A stretch of 64,000 bases of DNA from the human T2T-CHM13v2.0 reference genome, Homo sapiens. Position 1 is the first letter of the stretch; every line of letters starts with the position of its first letter. The translations under genes were made by a program, and so were the position numbers. The stretch is taken from the NCBI RefSeq assembly GCF_009914755.1, contig NC_060925.1; one strand, 5' to 3'. This document shows positions 1 through 12,463 of the stretch, piece by piece. The notes beneath the pieces are model-generated. The model did no database searches, had not been told where the DNA came from, and saw only the letters and a list, made by a program, of their open reading frames with translations.

Positions 1-372
1 CTCAAATGATTATTACCATTATCAATTATCAAAGATCATTCACAGTTATAATAACACAGCTACCATTTATTGAGCACTTACATGCCAGGCCTTGGGCTAG
101 GTGCTTCATATACACTCACTCTCTTAATCCTCATGTCCACCACGTGAGGTAGATACATAACCCACTATCAGAGGGTTAAGAGACTTGCCCAAAAGTATCC
201 ACTAAAAGATCTTTCTGTTTATGCCCCTGTAGGTATTTCTCCAACACTACTATCTCTGATCTAAAGTGAACAATCGAAACCTCACCAAGGATAAGATGAT
301 TCTCCCCCTCTCTCTTTGGTTCCAATTCTCTTTGAAGGAATCCCAATGTTCTCTAGACGTAACACTATAAGG

Positions 373-719
373 CAGCGGTCCCCAATCTATATTTGGCACC
401 AGGGACCAGTTTCGTGGAAGACAATTTTTCCACAGATGGGGGTTGGAGAGGGATGGTTTCGGGATGAAACTGTTCCAGCTCAGATCATCAGGCATTAGAT
501 TCTCATAAGGGGCACACAACGTAGATCCCTCACATGCGCAGTTCACAATAGAGTTTGCACTCCTGTGAGAATCTAATGCCGCTGCTGATCTATCAGAAGG
601 TGGAGCTCAGGCGGTAATGCTTGCCAGCTTGCCCACCGCTCACCTCCTGCTGTGCAGCCCAGTTTCTAATGGGCTGAAGACCACCACTGGTCTGTGGCCC
701 AGGGGGTTAAGGACCCCTG
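373..719 (+). mobile_element. MER1B-like hAT-Charlie DNA transposon (MITE)
   Basis: CAGCGGTCCCCAA...GGACCCCTG terminal inverted repeats, MER1-type body (ggcaccagggaccagtttcgtggaagacaa...attagattctcataagg), 8-bp TSD ctataagg (365-372)/caataagg (720-727). Confidence 0.85.
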
Positions 720-2149
720 CAATAAGGCAGCATCATGAAATTTAAAAAAAAAAAAAAAATTGCAGCATCTCCAAGACTCCCCCGCTTATTGTCTCAGCAC
801 CAGGCACTATGATGACAATTTACACACTAATCATCATTTGATCCTCATAACACCTCTATGATGTAGGAATTATTAGCCCAGACTCTTGTGAAGGCCACAA
901 AGGCTCACAGACATTATGTTAACTTATCCAAGATCACTAGAAGTGATAGAGCCACTGATTTTGAACCCAGGCCTCTCCAATTTCAAAGCCTACACTCTTT
1001 CTAGTGGGAAGAACACACTGCAGAGGTATACGGTTTCTGTCCAAACCCTGGACTTAGGGAGAGCTTCCTACAGTTTTTTCCCATCAGCCTGGCATTTCAT
1101 TACCTAGAAGAGCTTTCCTTTTCCCAAACTCTGAGATTGTACTCAGGGATTTATGAAATTCAGAGACATAGTAATAGTTAAAAGAGGCACCTCTGAAGAA
1201 TCCCAAACCTAATACTTCTCCATTTTACTTCCACCTTTAAAGCAAGTCCTCTGTATAAGTAAATGCTTCCCTAAATAGCAACTGTCCGTTCAGATTTCCA
1301 AACCTGTCTTAAAACATATCGCGCATGAGTTCACAACTATCTCTCACATGCAGCATAAAGTCTCTCGCTACCGTCCTGCTCACATTCTAATCATTCCCAA
1401 ATAAGTCAATTCATTCCTTTATTCGACACTTATAACCACTTACTCTGTGTCAGGCACGATGCTGGCTTACCCTGTCTGCGTTTCTCAAGACACTTTAAGC
1501 TCCAAAAGGCTAAGAACCGTGTCTGTCTGGCCCAATTATGCCCTATCCATCCAGGCACCTCTCCTACCCTGCCTGGCAGAGTGCCCAAAAAAGGTCTGCT
1601 GAACGAATGAATGACAGCCCAAACTCCCTAGTGTAAAATCACAACATCCTCCACCCACTCTCCCCCAAAAGGTGGCAGGAGCATAACAGATGCCTTTGCT
1701 GATTACAAAAACCTAAAGACTCCATCATAGTCGTCCCCAGGCAGGGTATCACAATGAAAGAGGCAAAAGTGTCTGAAAAACACTGTGACGCATATTTCCA
1801 GCCCGGCATGGAGGATGTCTGCCAAAAGCATCCGGTAAAGGTCAACTGGGCTGCTGGGAAACCTGCCCCAGTGCGAGGGCCCGGAGGCCCAACGAGGCCA
1901 GAAGCCGTAGTCCCAAATTCAAGAACTACTAACAAGGACACAGGAGGCCTGAGAAGGCGGAAGAATTAGCCCTGACAGTCACTAGAGCGCAGTCCAGGAA
2001 TGGGAGCGCAAGTAAGGCGAAGGTCCATCCAAATGGCTACCCTTCTCCCTTCTGTGAGTCTCCCGGTCCCCTGTCCCTAGCCCACCTCATTCATGGCCTC
2101 ATCAACGTCCGTCCTCATTGAGGTGCCGAGAAGCCCTGTCTGCGGAGGG

Positions 2150-2600
2150 CTACCTGGGCTCCCAGACTTGGCACCAGAACACCCGCCAGAGAGGGGAGCT
2201 GGCAGATCTGGCCGGGACCGGGGTGGACCCTAGCGATCACTCCTCCCGTAACTCAGAGGTTACTGGCCTGGGCTGACCCGACCTGCTCGCCGGGACCGCG
2301 CGCTCACCTGCGGCCCAGCCCACACTCCCCAGTGCGGCCCCCGCTCTCCGCCCGCTCGCCGGGAGCACGGAAGTCGCCGCACCCAGCGGCCCGCGGGACC
2401 TTGCCCTGTGACCCTGCCCACTGGCCGCCGGCTCTCTCGGAGCGCAGGGATTGGCTGAACTTCAGCCAAAGGACGGAAGGAAGCTAGGCGTCCGCAACTG
2501 GGCCCCACTGCGCTGAAATGGACGTCGCGCCCTCTGTTGGCCGGGAGGTTTCTCAGTGATGTCGCCACGTGTTTTCTGCGTGGAAAAAGTGAAAGATCAT
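2150..2600 (-). promoter_or_regulatory. CpG-island promoter of a minus-strand gene
   Basis: CpG-dense; ETS motifs CGGAAGT (2368-2374) and CGGAAG (~2474), CCAAT box on the minus strand (ATTGG ~2450), E-box CACGTG ~2566. Confidence 0.75.
2308..2390 (-). other. SMIM12: Probable non-coding first exon of the neighbouring gene (TSS approximate; coding exon outside the window)
   Basis: Strong donor CAG|GTGAGC at 2308/2307 inside the CpG island. Identity is inferred from recalled gene order (SMIM12 next to the DLGAP3 3' end, same strand), not from coding sequence. Confidence 0.6.
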
Positions 2601-3211
2601 CCAGTCATTTTTTTCAACTGATGTTTATTAGGCGTCTTCTAAGACCTAGGTCTGGGCACGCAAAAACAAAAGACATGATCCCTGACCTCAAGAAGCTCTT
2701 CTTAGAAGAGTATATTTTAGTGCTTTAAGACCTCTTGGGATCCGGGCTAGCTTTCTAGTGACCTTGGGAACATTATTAACCTGTCTGAGCCTCCCTTCCC
2801 CTTCTGTGTAGAGGTAATAACACCCATTTCGCAAGGATGGTGTGAGGGTTGGAAGAGATAATATTTGTAAAGTACTGTGGCAGGCACACAGCCAGCAGGG
2901 AAATAAATGTGGCTATTGTTAGTGTAAAAATAATTCAAATATAGTAAAACCTAAGTCTTACATGACCTCTTGGGTACAAGTATTCACTTCCTCCTCTGTG
3001 TCCCCACTGTACCCTATACAGACATCAATTTTATCATATACAGAAAAGTCCCAAAGCTCAAGCTTGTTAATGCTCCCACAAGGCCCTTCCCACCCTCATC
3101 CCACTAATCTCAGCCTGCATATTTATTTTGCTCGCACATACTAAACCCGGCAGACCACACTGTTTCACACCTCAGTGCCTTATTGATGCTTTTTCATCTA
3201 CCTTCCCACCT

Positions 3212-3897
<686 letters not shown>

Positions 3898-3991
3898 TAG
3901 ACTGCTTATCACATTAGACACCCTTCCTCTATTATCTCAAACAGCTCAAAGCTAAGCTCTGGCAGTGAAGATGGAGAAAAGGGAACAGTAT

Positions 3992-4574
3992 TGTAGGGGC
4001 CAAGGTTCACTGAAAATCAACTGACAAAAGGCAGATTAATAGGAGAAAAGACATACAAAATTTTATTTTAACGTGCATAGCACGGGGCGGGGAGGCGAGG
4101 GGGTGGGAAGGGAAGGGTCACAGGAGAATGATTACCCAATAACCCAATGGGGTACAGAAGCGTATACACTCTTTTTCATAGGGGAAGGGGAGAGATGGAG
4201 AATATAGACAATTCTTCTGAGGGCAGCAAGTGATTCTTAGGGCGAAAAAATGGACAGAAATTAACTTGTAAATGATTCTCTTTAGAATTTGAATGAGCCC
4301 GAGAAACAGGCATCATCTTGTGAAAAATCCATCCAGGCGTAGTTGCCTTCCTCAGTCTTCTTTTCTGAGCTAGATGAGATTTCGGAGAGGGGAGGAAGGC
4401 AATTTTGTTTCTTTTGGAAAGACGTTTTCTCGATCAGATTAGGAAATTCTAGAGAGAGTGCCTCCCTATACTTGGGAGAGAAGGTTAGAGGGACCTTGAT
4501 TCTGAGGCAGCTTCGAAGGCCTCTCAGCATGTCAAAGCGCCAGTCTTTGGGGTATCGCTTTCTGAGCCCCAACA
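3992..4574 (-). mobile_element. ERV1-class solo LTR (MER34/MER39-like)
   Basis: TG...CA ends; the minus strand begins TGTTGGGGCTCAGAAAGCGATACCCCAAAG, typical of this group; 4-bp TSD gtat/gtac. Confidence 0.7.
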
Positions 4575-5716
4575 GTACAAATAAATATTTAGGAGACCGT
4601 TGTTAGCAGAACCTGCTCACTAACTGAATATGTGGAGAGGAGAAGGGAACAGAACTGTCCAGAGTAACTGGCATTTGGTCAGCCAATCATGTGCTAGGCA
4701 TTGGGGATGCAAAAATGACTGGGACCAACCTGCCTCCAGAGTTCTCTGACTAAAGAAACAGATGGGTCTACAAAATGTCAATAGAATGTAAGAAATGTGA
4801 TGACAGAAGTATACACACGCAGCACAGAGGAGGATCTTCAGCCCAGCCAGGAAGATTCAGGGAAGGCTCCCTAGAGGAACCAAGCCTTGAGCTGAGTCTT
4901 GAGTCATGGCTAGCAGTTCCCTCAAGCAGAATTGCTGAGGGGCTCAGGAGCATAGACTGAGAAATCAGATAGCCATGGGTTCAAATCCTGACTCTTGTCT
5001 GCTTATCTCAGAAAAGCTATTTACACTCTTTGTTTTTAAAAAAAGACAATAATAGTACCCACTCCTAGGGTTGCTATGAGTATTAAATCACCTAAATGTG
5101 TATAAAGTGCTTGGCATAGTAGTTTGCACCTTCTCAGTGCTCAGTAAATGGTTATTGACATGTTAAGTATTTCCCAACTGTATTGCTCCTTCTGTAATGT
5201 CCTATGTCCATTCGTGGCATTACTCATTCATTAAGCCAGAAATCTGAGTGACACCTTCAAGGCGTCCCATCTTTGCATTATTCTCCAGATCCAGCTTACT
5301 GCACGTATGCCTCCTAAATGTCTCTCAAAGTCAACATCATTATCTCTTACCTGGACCACTTTAGCAGCTCCCTGAATGGTCTCCCTGCTGTCTTGTTGCC
5401 CCATCCAGTCCATTTCCTTTCTTTTGGCCGTAGTTTCATCTTTCAAATAAAACTATGAGGTTTCCATCTTAGCCTCCCACCCCCAACTCTATGGGTCCCT
5501 TCTGGCCGTATCTCCTCCACGCCCTCCACAGCCACCATAACCTGTCACCCTCTCCAGCCTATGCTTTCATTCCCAACACACATGTGCTTCCATGGCTTTG
5601 CCCAGGTTGGTCCCTTGGCCAGAAATGAATTTCTCCCTTCTCTTCCTTGACTACAAAATGCTAATTCATCCTGCAAGATCCAACTCACAAGGCAGAAGGC
5701 TTTCCCAGACTGCCTG

Positions 5717-6037
5717 TGCTATGGTTGTACCCTCCAAAACTTACACTGAAATTTGTCATTGTATTAAGAGGTGGGACCTTTAAGAGGTTATTAGGCCATG
5801 AGGGCTGCACTCTCATGGGTGGATTGACACCCTTATAAAAGGGCAAGTTCAACTCCCTCTTGCCCTCTCTTGCCCTCTCACCTGCCATGGGATGACACAG
5901 CAAGAAGGCCCTCACAAGTTGCCAGCCCCTTGACACTGAATTCCCCAGCACCCAGAACTGTGAGCCAATAAATACCTGTTCATTATAAGTTATCCAGTCT
6001 GTGGTATTGTTATAGCAGCACAAAATGGACTAAAACA
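5717..6037 (+). mobile_element. MaLR solo LTR (MSTB-like)
   Basis: TGCTATGG...GGACTAAAACA ends, internal AATAAA, MST-type body, 5-bp TSD gcctg/ccctg. Confidence 0.8.
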
Positions 6038-8059
6038 CCCTGGTTGCTAGAGGCTCTCTCCTCTCAATCCCTTGGCCCCTCTGGGAGAACAGGTTTCCCT
6101 TTGCACCATAACTTTCTGTTTATATGCTGGCCATGGCCAGACTGTAAGCAACTCAAGCAAAAGGACTGGACCTAATCTTTCACTATCTATGGGGCTCAGC
6201 ATAACTACCTAGGCCACAAGAACCAAAGGAGACTCATCCACACCAGACATGGAAAACTCTATGAATAAAGTCATAGACCCATAAAATGCTGTATAAATGT
6301 AAAGGTTAAACTCAGACTCAGCCACTTCCTGGCTTCATGGTTTGAGGTAAGCTGTTTAAACCTCTCCAAGCCCATTTCCTCATCTGTAAATGGGGGTGAA
6401 AACAATATCTGTTTTACAGCATTGCTCTGAGTTCAAACCTCACCCATGCCCCCAATTTTAGAGATGATAAAACAACCTCAGAGAGGTAAACTGACCCAGC
6501 CCTTCTACTGGAGACCTTTGGACAGTCATCCAATTTAAGTCTTCCCAAAGCTGGCTGCTCAGAATCTTGTGAAGCACTTGTTAAAACCTTATTCGAGGGC
6601 AGAGTCTATTCACTAAGTCTTGGACCAGGCCCAGGAGTCTGTATGGGATCACCTCCAAACGGACTGCTTTTGGGAATTCAGATCACATTAGAGTTCTCCT
6701 CACCTTCCAGGCTCATGTGTGTACGTGGACCATCTCTTGCTTTTCCAAAGTTGTCTACCAAACCAGTCTATAAAACGTTCATGCCACTCCTCTGTTCAAA
6801 ACCCTTCTATGGCTCCCTACAGCCCACAAGACCCAGGCCACCTGCCTCAATGAGACCCAAACACTGATATAATCAAGTCTCTGTGCTCCCAATGTCTCTT
6901 CCTCTTCCAAGCCTTTGCACAGCTGTTCCCTGATCTTGGAACATTCTTCCCAGCCCTGGCCCTCCTTCAGCAGCTAATCTCTAATCATCTTTCTGGCACT
7001 TACTCCTGTATTTTAACTGCTTGCTTATTTGTCTGTTTTTCCCATATGACCATAAGTTCCATTAAGGGTAGAAACTACATCTTGTTCAGGGCTATTCCTG
7101 TGGCGCCCAAAAGTGATAAATGTCTGCTGGATAAATGAATGAGAAGAATTAGCTGACCCAGTGTGGCCCAGAAAAGCAGCCAATCCTGAAGGCTTTTCCT
7201 CCTGCCTGGAGGTGACACACCAACCCAAAGGACTGCTCAAGGAGTGGAAAGGGGCTTTCTGGGTGGAGACTGCCATCAGCCCTCTCTGGTCTAAGAAGCC
7301 TGCAAAGCTAAAAGCTCATGATTTGGCATTAGACCTGGGTCCACCACATTTAGTCCTGTGACCTCAGACAGGTCTTGTAACCTGCCCTGAGCTTTGGCTT
7401 TCTCTTCTATTGTAAGGACCAGCCACATTCATGTAAAGCACTCACCCCTTGCCTGACCCACACTGACCACTCAATAAAGCCATCGATACTAGGTTCTGGT
7501 TGCCATTTAGCTTCCCAGGAGAGCTCTGTTCTTTGTACTTCCTCTTCCCCCACCCCAGCCTCCACCAAGGTGGCCACCCATAGGAGGCATCAGAAAATGC
7601 GGCAGGACTGAAGATTTTCTGCTGCTGATCAGGAATGACTGGAGCAGAAGGAACATTGTGCCCCTAGGGGAAGGGAAACCAATTATTTGTCAATACCTAA
7701 CAATAACCACACTCCCGGTTTATTGAGCACATGCTGCGTGCCCGGCGAGCTCCGGACTTCCCTCTCTGGGGGAACCCTGCGGACTGGGAGGCAGAACGGG
7801 ATACACCGAAATAGGAAGAACGGAGAGCTTGGCACCCTCCCCCTCTTCACCCCACCTGGGCCCCTCCAGGAGGGTCCAGGCCCTTACTGTGGGCATCAGG
7901 GGGCCGAATCTCCTTTCCACCAGCTGGCCCATCCCTGGAAGGAGCTCAGGCAACCCCTGCTATCTCCAAACCAAGAGAGTGGGCTCCCGGTCCCTTCTCC
8001 CTTCACCCCCGTCCTCCCACACACGGGACGGAGGTGGCCTCTTCTGGAGAGAGCAGCTG

Positions 8060-8713
8060 GCTCGAGTGCAGTTCTGCCGTTTTATTTTTCCTGGGATATT
8101 CAAGGGGATGTGGGAACAGCCACAGGTGTGGTGAGGGGAAGCCCCCATCTCCCCTCCCCAGCCGCTGGGAAAGGGGAGAGGCCCAGGCGCCCTGGTCCTG
8201 GGTTGGTCCAGCCACTGTGGTCCCTGGGCCCAGTGGGCAGAGGGCTGAGGATGGAGCCCCTGGGAGGGTGGGGCGGGCTCCTAGGCAGGGTTCGGGATTC
8301 TTCATAAAAAGCCACGAAGCTTGATCCCCACGAAGCCCAGCCCCGCGGGGTGGGGGAGGGGGGGACGCAGAGCCCAGATGAGGGACCCGGCCCGGCCTGG
8401 CCCGTGGGGGAAAGAATGGCAGAGATGGTGCCCATGGGGAGGAGGTGGGGACAAAGCGTCGGACCAGGTGGGCAGGGGATCCAGGTGAGGGGCGCAGGGC
8501 GGAGAGGCACGGCCCCCTGCCCAGCCCGGGCGCCTTCGCGTGGGATCAGGAAGGTAAAAAACCCACGAGAGTGTGACGGGCCCGGGGGCCGGGGCGTCCG
8601 GTGCCGGTGGGGCGGGCGCACGGGGCGGCCCGCGTTCACAGTGACCTCGACGCTGGGTGTACAGTACGGGTGGAGAACCGCGGGCCCGGGCCGGGCTGGG
8701 CGGGCCGGACCGG
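8060..8713 (-). other. DLGAP3: DLGAP3 3'UTR
   Basis: Between the TGA (8716-8714) and the poly(A) signal; very GC-rich; 3' end approximate. Confidence 0.8.
8081..8086 (-). terminator. DLGAP3: DLGAP3 polyadenylation signal AATAAA (cleavage expected ~8060)
   Basis: First AATAAA on the minus strand downstream of the stop codon, giving a ~650-nt 3'UTR. Confidence 0.8.
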
Positions 8714-8932
8714 TCACAGCCTGGTCTGGGCCTCGGGGATGTAGATCTCGATGCTGTCGGCGCTCTCGGTGGCCGAGCTGTGGCGGAAGGAAGCGGCGCG
8801 CTTGGCCGCCAGGAGCCGCTTGCGCGCTTCCTGCCGCTGCCGGTCCACGGAGTCCAGGGAGCGCTCCTTCACCGGCACGCCCCGGCCCCGCAGGGGCTTC
8901 TTTGGTATCGGCGGAGGGACCTTCTTCTCCTC
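8714..8932 (-). CDS. DLGAP3: DLGAP3 last coding exon (exon 12): EEKKVPPPIPKK...IYIPEAQTRL*
   Basis: Acceptor ccccgcag|GAG; 219 nt including TGA; GKAP-family C-terminus with PDZ ligand QTRL. Confidence 0.97.
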   Translation of the reverse strand, partial: EEKKVPPPIPKKPLRGRGVPVKERSLDSVDRQRQEARKRLLAAKRAASFRHSSATESADSIEIYIPEAQTRL

Positions 8933-9149
8933 CTGCGGGGCAGAGGGCGTCGCTGAGCTGGGGCGCCGAACCATCCCAACACCCAGGTGTCCGCCCCCGC
9001 ACCCCCGCGCCCAGAGTGCTGACGACCGCGTGGCTCCGAACGCGATGGCGCTCAGAATCCGCCACGGATCCCGTGACCTGAAGCCCCAGGTGCTCCTGTT
9101 CCGACAAGGTCAAATCCCCACATTTTCCACCAAAGCGCGGCGCGTTCGA

Positions 9150-9163
9150 GCGCCCCCTGGTGG
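9150..9163 (-). promoter_or_regulatory. CTCF motif
   Basis: Minus strand CCACCAGGGGGCGC matches the CTCF core consensus. Confidence 0.7.
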
Positions 9164-9679
9164 CGCCGTTCTCAACAGCTCGCAGCAGAGCCGGTTTTTC
9201 ACTCCGGGTCCCGACCCGAAGGAGGGAGTTCCCGACCCAGGCTCCGCAATGAGGGTGCACATACCAGGCCTCTGGCCCTCATCGCAGACAAGGTCCAGGG
9301 ACCTGGCGGCTGAGGGGACCCTCAAGGCTCTGCCGTCGATGCCTAGGCCCGAACTGAGGACAGTCTGTCCTTCCGTAAGGTCTACTTTTGCTCTCTCCAG
9401 CTGCAGCCGCCACCACCCCCCCCAACCCCGCTCCCCCGCGCTGAGGAAGCCTTGGGGTTCTGGCAGCTCAAGCAGTGATGAGCACTGGGGCCAAGCAGAC
9501 GGCAGTGGCCACGAGCGTGGTCACTCTGGAAGGGGATGGTCACCTATCACCTGTCCAAGGCTGCCCTTGCTGCCCATGGATCCCTTCCCCTGCCCCCTTG
9601 TTCGTCCCACCCTCCACCTCTCTGGGGAGGGGAATTTCCCAGAGTCTGGCCTCTTTGCCTGAAGGCACCCCAGCCCCAC

Positions 9680-9823
9680 CTTAGGCTCCAGGAGTTTCCA
9701 GCTGTTGGCCTTGAGTTGCTGTAGCTCCAGGAACTTGAGGGTCACATCCTCGATGGAGAGCTGTAGGAGGTCCCAGAAACCCGCCAGGTCCTGGAAGGTG
9801 GGCACAGGGAACGCAGTGGGATC
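9680..9823 (-). CDS. DLGAP3: DLGAP3 exon 11 (GH1 domain: DPTAFPVPTFQDLAGFWDLLQL...LEPK)
   Basis: ttgcag|GAT ... AAG|gtgggg, 144 nt, phase 0/0; conserved GKAP homology motif DLAGFWDLL. Confidence 0.97.
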
Positions 9824-10167
9824 CTGCAACAGAGGAAGATGGAGGGAAAGTGATTGGTCAAGGAGGTCTGAGCCCCAGCCAGGACAAGAGAAAGTCCTAT
9901 CCACCCTTACTGCCAGGAAGCTCAGCCTGGGAGAGTGGGTGGGGGCTGGGAGACAGGGGGACAAGAGCGAGCCCAGGACTCCCCTTCTTGTGCACAAACA
10001 CCTGGTCCTACCTCCAGGCACAAGACTCACAGCTACCCCAGAAGGCATGCAGGCCTGGTCTCACCTCTGGTACACACTCACTCTGGGTCACCTGCCTGTC
10101 TCACCTCCAGCACACACACACTCTGGGTCACATGTATCTGGTAGGATCTACTACTACGGGCACTCAC

Positions 10168-10259
10168 CATGCTTTGCTGACACAGCCGGAAGAACTGCTG
10201 AACCTTCTGGGACAGGAGAAGTTGTGTGCTGCCCACAGCACTGCGGATCTTCTCCAGGA
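10168..10259 (-). CDS. DLGAP3: DLGAP3 exon 10 (ILEKIRSAVGSTQLLLSQKVQQFFRLCQQSM); not shown in the ORF track
   Basis: ttctag|TC ... ATG|gtgagt, 92 nt, phase 1/0; translated by hand; GH1 domain. Confidence 0.96.
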
Positions 10260-11236
10260 CTAGAAAGCAGAAGGAAATTCAGGGAGGGAAATGATGCATC
10301 TCCTTCCCCAGCCTCCACGAAGTCTGCCCTGAATGACGCTGACCCCTCGGTTGCTTGGCACTGTGTATCCATCAGTCTCCTCCAGCCCCAGCCCCATCCC
10401 ATCCTCAAGTTCCTAACAAGTTCTCGCTCCACTACACCAAGACTGTATCCTCAGACACTGATGTTCCCTCCTTCATACAGCCTACATTTCTTGAGTGCTC
10501 ATCCTTCTTTATCCTTTCTCCCTCCCGTATCAGAGAACAGACGGAAACCAGCCCCAGCCTAGCCCTATAGCCTTGGCCAGGGCATTAGCTCAATGACCAC
10601 CCACTGGCTAAGCTTTGTTCATCACTCCCCAGTGCATGCAAGACTCCTTGGCTCTTTAAGAATGACCAAGTAATTTCATGTACATAACACATCTTCATAG
10701 CCACTGTCCCCTCAACTCAGAGATTCTGGGGTAAGACTGTGTCTCCCAGTGGATCTGACTTACAGGAAGGGCCATGCTCTCCCTCGGGCCAGGGCCACAT
10801 CTCCCTGGCTGAATCTCCCTCTTCTGTGCCTCAGACAGGATCTGACATTGTGAACTGCCTCCCTCTCTGTAATCTTGGTCGCACCACCTGGATCCCCACA
10901 CCAGTCCAGATCTGAACGGAGTTCCCTTAGTCCCCATAAACTTGGTGATTTGGACTAGCAGCCATCCATAGAAGGCCCAGCCCTTTGGCCTGCAGTGTCT
11001 GCAGTCCCAGCCCTGGCCTCTAAAGCTGCACCATGTGCACCCTGCTCCCTTTCAAGAGCTCCCAGCATGTCTTGCTGCCGATGTTGACCCGCCACGCTCC
11101 AGTGCAGAAGACCAGTGAGGCACCAACCGAAGGGGCCTCCTGTTACACTGCAGCCCCAGCCACCCCCATCAGGGTCTCCTGAGCACACACGAGGCCATGG
11201 TCCCCAGAGTCCCCTTGTTCCGATGCCGTGACTCAC

Positions 11237-11721
11237 TCTCCTCGGGTAGCTCATAGTCCTCCGCCTCACGCTCCATCTGCTGGCACCAGTGCTCCAGCTT
11301 CTCCACCTCTGCCCGCAGCATCTTGATGAACCACTCGCCGTCGCGTGGGCAGGGGGATGCGCGGCCTGAGTCGGGGAGGCTACGTGAACCGTGCTCTATC
11401 CAGGAGTCACGGCGGCCGGCCCCAGGGCCGGGGGTGGGGGCGGGGGCAGGGCCGGGCGACCCATCGGTGGCCGGCGGCTCGTACGGCAGTGGGTAGCCCT
11501 CGCGGTAGGCCCACTGGCCCTGCGTGTGGACCGTGCGGAAGACTGAGTAGGTGGGGGCCCGGGGCCCAGGCTGGGGCTCAGAGGCGTGCCTCTGGAAGGA
11601 GCGTCCAAACTGCAGGGCCTTGTCTTCTGTGGCCACCGTGGCCAGGCCTGCCAGGCCCTCCAGCTCCAGGTCTGCCTGCACGCCAGCCGTCACACTATTG
11701 GAGCGCTTGAACCTTGCTCGC
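11237..11721 (-). CDS. DLGAP3: DLGAP3 exon 9 (RARFKRSNSVTAGVQAD...ELPEE)
   Basis: ccccag|G ... A|gtgagt, 485 nt, phase 2/1; matches ORF 11169..11744. Confidence 0.97.
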
Positions 11722-12035
11722 CTGGGGAGAGGGGTGGCTGTCATCCCCCATTGCCCAGGCTCATGCCAGCTCTCACCCCCACCCCAAGCAAAAAAAAGGA
11801 AGGGAATGAGAAAGGGAACCTACAAAGTGATGGACATTAACCTATGCACTTTAAATATATTGGTCCTTGCAACAGCTACGTACATAATATACCTACCTAT
11901 TGCACTGCCTCTAGATAGGGGTGATATCCAAGCTATTTAGCAACCAGTTCAGTCCATGGACAGAGCAGATGCTGGCATATACCAGGCAGAGCAGGCACAG
12001 ACCAAAATGCTGCAGCAGTGCCCTGGAGAGGCTAG

Positions 12036-12463
<428 letters not shown>

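Larger units (their letters stand above)
8340..9430. promoter_or_regulatory. Intragenic 3' CpG island covering the last exon and part of the last intron
   Basis: Very high GC and CpG density by inspection. Confidence 0.8.

Noticed and set aside
7719-7724. Second AATAAA on the minus strand downstream of DLGAP3
   Set aside because: Lies in a MIR/L2-like tttattgagcac motif; no sequence-level support for use as a distal poly(A) site
8340-8480. G-quadruplex-like G runs in the 3'UTR region
   Set aside because: The G runs are on the plus (template) strand; the mRNA is C-rich here, and the best mRNA-strand candidate (~8141-8160) has only three G tracts
8927-8935. NAGNAG (CAG GAG) acceptor at the last exon
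   Set aside because: GAG is a very poor acceptor and the effect would be loss of a single Glu
8751-9662. 303-aa plus-strand ORF (and 7687..8307, 8350..9081) antisense to the DLGAP3 3' end
   Set aside because: Shadow ORFs of GC-rich coding/CpG-island DNA; low-complexity R/G/P/S composition, no recognisable domain, non-ATG or weak starts
9705-10562. 285-aa plus-strand ORF
   Set aside because: Antisense to exons 10-11; no homology recognised and no supporting gene structure
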